The notes under the pieces were generated by a model that saw only the letters and a list, made by a program, of their open reading frames with translations, searched no databases and was not told where the DNA came from. 64,000 nucleotides of DNA from an uncultured Acidobacteriota bacterium (GTDB taxonomy: Bacteria; Acidobacteriota; Polarisedimenticolia; J045). A program made the translations under genes and the position numbers. Location of the stretch: the NCBI GenBank assembly GCA_963702425.1, contig CAVPCQ010000023.1:1-64000 (forward strand). The letters run 5' to 3'. Shown here in pieces: positions 58,311 through 64,000 of the stretch; the stretch's first letter is position 1, and each line of letters starts with the position of its first letter.

Positions 58311-59426
58311 GGAGGCCGTGCGAGGGTCTGCCGCAGCCTGGGCCTTGCTAGCGCGCGCACCCGCCGCCGCTCTCCTCGCGCCCCTCTCCCGCGCTCCCAC
58401 GGCCGTAGTTGCCCGAGAGGCCGTTCGGCCGCACGAGATAGAACCACGCCGTTCCCGGCTCCGGCTGCTGCCAGTCGATAGCGAGCGCGTCGGTGATGTC
58501 GTCGGCCAAGCAGCGCGTCGCACCGAGGTCGACCCACCCGTCACGGAGCACGAGCGCGGTCACGCCACCCTGAATCACGTCGTAGAAAAGGTTGTTCGCG
58601 GCGGGATCCCAAGTGAACGTATCGTTGTCGAGGAACCGCAGTTCATTCACTGCGGCCGCCGGAACTCCGGGCGCGGTGAGTACGGCGTCGAGCTGCGGCA
58701 CCCAGCCGCCGAAATAGGTCCGATCAGCGAGTTCCATCATCGCGGGAATCGCCAGTTCCTCGCGCTCGACCTGGCTCGGGACCTCGAGTTCGTCCATCTG
58801 GCCGACGGGAGGGGCCATCCCGGCGGGAGCGTCAGGATAGCCGGCCGGGACCGATCCGTTCCACGCTTCGTAGTAGCTCGCGTCAGGCTGTATTCGACGC
58901 CAGAGTCCCGACGCCGCGAGGCCGTCCTGCTCGATCCGAGCCTCGAGGTGATCGGCGGTAACGAAGTAGTGGGGAACCGCGTCGAAGGAGGTGATCGTCC
59001 GCGTCGCATCGGCGTACGCGGCGAGACGGTGCAGGTGGTCGTTCGCGGTACGCGCAGCGTGGAACGGTACAGCCTGCGCCAGGCGGGCGACCCACGCCGG
59101 CCACGCGACGAGTGTGGCAGTTCCGGCGATCGTGATCACCCGATCCGGGATCGTGATCACTGATTCCGCTGATGGTGATCACGCGTCGGAGCGAAGCGAC
59201 GGTCGGTTCGTTCTAGTTTCGCCTCCTGTCAAGCCTCGGCAGATTCTAACGCGGGATCCCGATCGGTTGAAGGCTGGGTGGCAGCAGGGCCTGTGGGGCC
59301 TGCGGGCGGCGCGGCCGTTCGCGCCGTCCAAGGGGCGGTGGGAAACGCGACGTCATGCGTTTTCCACGGACCCGCCAGGATCCATAGGCCGTCGCGCGTC
59401 AGCGCGAGTTCGGAGCGCAGCGACGA

Positions 59427-60182
59427 TCATCGGGTCTTGTCTCCGCCACGGATCGGACTGCGGAGCTCGCGTTGCGAGGGCCCTTTGAGATCGATCTTGT
59501 GCGCGCGGTGGACCAGGCGATCCAGGATGGCGTCTGCGAGCATCGCTTCGCCGATCACCTCGTGCCAGGCTTTGATCGGGAGCTGACCGGCCAGGAGCGT
59601 CGAGCCACGCTCGGCGCGGTCCTCGATCACCTCGAGCAGGTCGCGGCGCTCGGCGTCCTGGAGCGGCGAGAGCAGCCAGTCGTCGATCACCAGCAGATCG
59701 AGCTTGGCGAGCCGGGCGAGCAGGCGCCCGGACGAGCCGTCGCCGCGGGCGACGGCTAGGGCCTGGATCAGGCGCGGGGCGCGGACGTATTGGGCGGTAA
59801 AGCCCTTGCGGCACGCTCGCTCGCCGAAAGCGCAGGCCAGGTAGGACTTTCCCGATCCGGTCGGGCCGGTGATGATCAGGTTGTGCCGCTCGGTGATCCA
59901 GGTGCAGGTGCCGAGCGCGAGCAGCACCTGGCGATCCAGGCCGCGCCCGGGCTTGACCTCGACGTCCTCGAGTGCGGCGTCGTAGCGCAGCCGCGCCAGC
60001 TTGAGCCGCCGCGTCAGCTTGCGCTGCTCGCGCTGGGTCCACTCGTGGTCGACCAGCAGACCGAAGCGCTCTTCGAAGCTGAGCGCGACGTGTGTGGTGT
60101 CGTGTTGCTGCCGGTCGAAGGCCTCGGCCATGCCGTGCAGGTTCATCGCCTGGAGCTTGTCGATCGTGGGTTGGGTCAGCAT
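59427..60182 (-). CDS. istB: IS21 helper ATPase
   Basis: LSFEER, GPTGSGKS, LLVIDDW, ADAILDRLVH. Confidence 0.96.
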   Translation of the reverse strand: MLTQPTIDKLQAMNLHGMAEAFDRQQHDTTHVALSFEERFGLLVDHEWTQREQRKLTRRLKLARLRYDAALEDVEVKPGRGLDRQVLLALGTCTWITERHNLIITGPTGSGKSYLACAFGERACRKGFTAQYVRAPRLIQALAVARGDGSSGRLLARLAKLDLLVIDDWLLSPLQDAERRDLLEVIEDRAERGSTLLAGQLPIKAWHEVIGEAMLADAILDRLVHRAHKIDLKGPSQRELRSPIRGGDKTR

Positions 60183-61741
60183 TCGGTCTCCTGGGACGCG
60201 TAGTAGTCCGCGCCACGGATGTTGGGATGGCCTTGCGGGGGAGGTGACGGAGCCAGCGACTCGTCCGCGATCGGGACACGGTCGAGACCGGCTTGCAGGA
60301 TGTTGTGCACGGTCTTGAAGCTCACGGCGGCGAGACGCTCGGCCCGCGCACAGGCCGCCTCGAGACGGCCGTCGCCGTGCTTCTTGCCGAGACGCATCAG
60401 GCCCAGGCAGGCCCGATAGCCCTGCTCGGGGTGGGGCCTCGAGCGCAGGATCTGCTCGACCACGCGCCCCGTGGCCGGGCCGCTCTTCTCGGCCCAGTGG
60501 ATCAGCCGCGAGGGCGTCCACTCGGCGTGGGCACGATGGGACGCGGGCATGTGCTCGGGGTAGGTCGAGCTCTGGCCGCGGCCCCGTAACCGCCGGTGCG
60601 ACGTGATCCGGCGGCCGTTGTGGAAGACTTCGACGACGTCGGCGGTAAGGCGGGCGTCGACCTGCTCGTAGAGCAGCGTGTACGGCACGCTGTAGGTGTT
60701 GTATTCGATCGCGATGTGGTAGTCGATGCTGACCCGACAGGTCTTCCACTGGCCCAGCTCGTAGCGCCGAGGTGGCAGCGGCTTGAGTGCCGGCCGGTCG
60801 AGCTGCTCGAACAGCTCGCGGCGGCTGACACCCAGGGCGCGGATCCGCCGCTCGTTGAGTTGTCCGGTCAACTCCCGAATCGCCGCGTTCAGCTCGTGCA
60901 GGCTGAAGAAGATCCGATGCCGCAGCACCGCCAGGATCCAGCGCTCCGCCAGCAGCACCCCCGCTTCGACCTTGGCCTTGTCCTTCGGCCGATAGCTCCG
61001 CGCCGGGATCACCGCCGTCCCGTAATGCGCCGCCATCTCGCCGTAGCTGCGGTTGACCTCCGGCTCGTAACGACACGGCGTCGTCACCCCGCTCTTCAAG
61101 TTGTCGGGGACCAGCATCTCCGGGGCTCCGCCCCAGGCCTCGAACATGTGGACGTGCGCGCGGATCCACGGCTCCAGCTCCTGCGATTCCACCGCCTCGG
61201 CGTAGGTCTCACTGCTCGCCCCCAGCACCCCGACGAACAACTCCACTTCGCGCACGGCGCCCGTCGCGGGGTCAACGAGCCGCGGCTTGCTCCCGGCGAA
61301 GTCGACGAAGGCCTTCTCGCCCGCCCGATGGACCTGCCGCATGCTCGGCTTGAGCCGCGCGGCGAAGCGTCGATACAACTCGCAGAATTGGCTGTAGCGA
61401 TAGTGATTCACCGGGTGCGCCGCGGCGTACTCGCCCCACAGCAGCTGCAGCGTCACGTGCTTGCGCCGCAGCTCCTGATGCACCCAGGTCCAGTCGGGGG
61501 GCGCCCGCTCGACCTCCACGCCCGGGGCCGGCGGGAACAGCCGCACCGTCAACGCCGCGTCGTCCAACTCCTCCGGCAGCGGCCAGGACAGACCGGCCGC
61601 CTGGGCGCGCCGGACGTAGGCGCAGACCGTACCCGTGCCGATCCCTGCCGACCGCGCGATCTCACGGTGCGTCAGCCGGCACTCCCATTTCAGTCGCAGG
61701 ATCTCGCGCAACTTCCTCATCAGCAGCCTCTCGCCAGCCAT
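60176..61741 (-). CDS. istA: IS21 transposase
   Basis: MRKLREILRL, FVDFAG, VPDNLKSGV, PKDKAKVE. Confidence 0.96.
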   Translation of the reverse strand: MAGERLLMRKLREILRLKWECRLTHREIARSAGIGTGTVCAYVRRAQAAGLSWPLPEELDDAALTVRLFPPAPGVEVERAPPDWTWVHQELRRKHVTLQLLWGEYAAAHPVNHYRYSQFCELYRRFAARLKPSMRQVHRAGEKAFVDFAGSKPRLVDPATGAVREVELFVGVLGASSETYAEAVESQELEPWIRAHVHMFEAWGGAPEMLVPDNLKSGVTTPCRYEPEVNRSYGEMAAHYGTAVIPARSYRPKDKAKVEAGVLLAERWILAVLRHRIFFSLHELNAAIRELTGQLNERRIRALGVSRRELFEQLDRPALKPLPPRRYELGQWKTCRVSIDYHIAIEYNTYSVPYTLLYEQVDARLTADVVEVFHNGRRITSHRRLRGRGQSSTYPEHMPASHRAHAEWTPSRLIHWAEKSGPATGRVVEQILRSRPHPEQGYRACLGLMRLGKKHGDGRLEAACARAERLAAVSFKTVHNILQAGLDRVPIADESLAPSPPPQGHPNIRGADYYASQETEC

Positions 61742-61794
61742 CGGCCCCTCCGCAAAAGGGCCAGATTGACCGCGTTCGCTGCCGACGCCTACCA

Positions 61795-61949
61795 GTGATC
61801 ACGATGCCCGGAATCCCTGATCACGATCCCGGAATCCCTGATCAGGATCCCGGAATCAGCGATCACGATCCCCGGAACCGGTGATCACGATCCCGGAATC
61901 CCTGATCACGATGCCCCGGAATGAGCGATCACGATGGTCCGGAACGCCA
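61795..61949. repeat. Seven tandem 21-23 bp transposase-binding repeats at the IS21 end
   Basis: Seven units of (G/C)(T/C)GATCACGAT(G)CCCGGAAT; three inverted copies at 59115-59170. Confidence 0.9.
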
Positions 61950-63187
61950 ACGAGTGGGAAGATCTCCGCGTGAGCCTCCAGCCAGCGTGTGGCGGGCCGG
62001 GAGTAGTGGATCGTCAGGTTGCACGCGGCGTCCCATTCCTCGGCCGGGTTCTGGATCGGCCAGTCCTCCATCGGCTCGATCAGGCCGTCGTAGTCGACAT
62101 CGGGGCAGGATCGCTGGAGGGGGCGGCTGTCATAGCGGCCGTTTCCATTGCCGTCGAAGTAGAGGAGACCGTTCCGCGTGACGCTCCCGCAGCGGCCCGA
62201 AGCGTCGGTCAGGGTGCCGGCCTGGAGCGGATCCCAGCGCAGACTGGAGTAGTCGATTGCCACCTCGCCGTAGGCGTAGTCGCGCTCGGGAACGTAGCGC
62301 GGGTTCCGGCCCTCGTTCCCGGGGTGTCCGTCACCGTCCGCGTCGAGCGTGGCGTCGCAGTCGAGGCTCACATTGCCGATCTCCGAGGTGCGAACCTGGT
62401 CGCTGCCGACGCCCTCCCAGAAGGACACCCAGCGGACCGCGCCGGCGAACTCGTCCGGCCAGGAGTCGAGGACGACGGGCGTGATCGCCGTCCCGTTCGA
62501 GATGGCATCAATGCCCATGGCGGCGGTGAGAACGGGGCGCCCAACCACGTCGTGGATGGTACGGCCGATCGAGTCCGTGCTCCGACCGAGCGCGAAGCGC
62601 CAGACGTCGCGAGCCGCAAGCGCGGACAGCGGACCCCGGTCGTCGTAGGTCCCACCGCTGCAAACGTCCTCGTCGCAACCGCCGGGGTAGATGAACTGCA
62701 CCACGACGAATCCTGCCCGGTCGGCGAGCGCGGTGAAGTCGTGCAGCTTTCCCGTGCCCGCGCCGCCGAGCATCGCCACGACGACCGGCGGACCGTCAGG
62801 GTAGCGGTCGAGTCCGGGCACGTGCGGCCACTGCGGGTAGACCCCCAACGTTCCGCCGGCGGCGGAAGAAGGCAACTGTACGGTCGCGGACCCTGCGGCG
62901 AGAGCCTCGAGCGGCGTCGGGCCGAAGACCAGCGCTGCCGCGACGCCGAGCCCGTCGACGAGTCCACGCGATGCCGGCCGGAGCATGTTGCCTCCCCCGC
63001 TCGAGGCGTTTCGCCCGCGATCGCTCCGTGAAACCCAGCGCGTGCCCCGTTCCCCCGTTTCGCCGGGCCTCAGCGATCTGGCAAGGCATGCACCCCGCGA
63101 ACGAGTGCTGCCTGATGGGGTTGATGTCCTGACGTGGCTTACCGGACACGAGGCGCCTCTTCGCCGCAGGCGCGCCTGCCGGGGAAC

Positions 63188-63650
63188 CTACCCGCCGAAG
63201 ACCAGCGGGTCCGGGATCTCGAACCGCTCGGTGCCGATCCTGATGATGGTCAGGTTGCCGTTCCGCTCGAACGTGCTGCCGTCCTTGGAGTCCGACGAGG
63301 TCGGCTTGCCGTTCTCGAAGTAGATGTAGCGCTCGCCGCCTCCCTAGCGCGTGGGATCTGGGCCTTGGCGGACGGTGCAGGGGCGACCTCGGGGGCCGCT
63401 GCCGCATCGCCCGTCACCCTCACACTCAGCGTGTAGTTGGCTGTCTCGTTCCACCGCGCGGCGTTGCGCATCAGGTGGATCCGGATCGTGGTGGGGCCGC
63501 AGGCCGGCAGCACGCCTTTGAACTCGTTGCCCTCCGACGAGCCCACGAACATCGACTCGTCCGTACCGGGAGCCGTCACGTTGAAGTACGCCGATGCATT
63601 GGTCGGCCTGAAGCTCACCGTCATCATCTGCCCCGCGTTCGCCAGGCCGG
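63188..63650 (-). pseudogene. Fragmented gene with a PliG/PPC-like domain
   Basis: ANAGQMMTVSF...YFNVTAPG...HLMRNAAR.NETANYTL, with C-terminal ERYIYFENG...ERFEIPDPLVFGG* in another frame; no N-terminus. Confidence 0.5.
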
Positions 63651-63778
63651 CGGTCCGAGCGCTGCAGCGCCAGCCTCCCGGATACGGCGTGGCGGCGCCG
63701 GCGCCGCGGGACGGAGCGCTTCGGACAGGGCCGGCCGCGTGCTACCCTCGCTCGCGACCCCTCTCGGAGCCGCGCACC

Positions 63779-64000
63779 GTGGATTTCCTCAAGATCATCC
63801 GCTCGCTCGAGGAGCTGCTCTACGAGGTCATGACCTGGCTCGTCTTCTACCCGCGGACGATGTGGCGGATCGTGGTCCACCCGCTGGCGACGACGGTCTA
63901 CTCGGAGCATGAGCAGACGGACACCGCGACCGAGCAGTACACCGACACGCTGAGCCCGCCGCTGCTGCTGATGCTGACGCTCCTGATCTCGCACGGGCTG
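63779..64000 (+). CDS. Hypothetical membrane protein (partial)
   Basis: GTG after GGAG; MDFLKIIRSLEELLYEVMTWLVFYPRT...YTDTLSPPLLLMLTLLISHGL, open to the window edge. Confidence 0.75.
   Translation, partial: MDFLKIIRSLEELLYEVMTWLVFYPRTMWRIVVHPLATTVYSEHEQTDTATEQYTDTLSPPLLLMLTLLISHGL

Larger units (their letters stand above)
59115..61949 (-). mobile_element. Complete IS21-family element with 7-bp target duplication ACGAGTG
   Basis: TG...CA ends, istA-istB pair, ACGAGTG at 59108-59114 and 61950-61956. Confidence 0.96.
58348..62986 (-). pseudogene. Secreted alpha/beta-hydrolase-like protein with the shared C-terminal domain, interrupted by IS21 (598 aa when the IS is removed)
   Basis: Joining 62986-61950 to 59107-58348 gives in-frame ...EIFPLV-AWPAWVARL...; motifs PVVVAMLGG, GFVVVQFIYPG, GIDAISNG. 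Confidence 0.85.

Noticed and set aside
59427-61169. 580-aa extended IstB
   Set aside because: The N-terminal part is an off-frame overlap with istA; the real start is 60182.
61795-61949. CRISPR-like or iteron-like array
   Set aside because: The repeats are contiguous with no unique spacers, there are no cas or rep genes, and they match the opposite IS21 end.
1-64000. tRNA, rRNA or riboswitch genes
   Set aside because: None recognised by eye; an Infernal or tRNAscan search would be needed to exclude them.

Overview
High-GC bacterial DNA. The gene content (thrombospondin-type-3-repeat surface proteins, Ser/Thr-kinase-linked ECF sigma, rve-type IS relics) suggests an Acidobacteriota-like organism, which is an inference. 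From left to right: (1) two tandem giant paralogous surface proteins with TSP3 repeats, jelly-roll, beta-propeller and PKD modules; (2) a TetR-controlled HlyD/ABC/TolC efflux operon, a VOC protein, a CdaA-YbbR diadenylate cyclase and a methyltransferase; (3) a 6.8 kb cassette between two REPIN plus msrB-3'-end direct repeats, carrying a bacterial CLCA-like metalloprotease-vWA protein, an ECF sigma and a kinase; (4) msrB, small regulators, three toxin-antitoxin-like pairs and a membrane kinase; (5) rearranged IS relics with unusual inverted repeats; (6) a double-S8 protein with one catalytically dead domain; (7) an FHA-bEBP, kinase and sigma54-promoter-led secreted protein module between two identically deleted IS copies; (8) an intact IS21 with a 7-bp target duplication interrupting a secreted hydrolase-like gene. 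The main candidate novelty is a ~90-aa domain I cannot name, shared by three unrelated secreted proteins, two of which sit beside kinase plus phospho-responsive regulator modules. Several single-base frameshifts look like consensus errors and generate artefactual ORFs.
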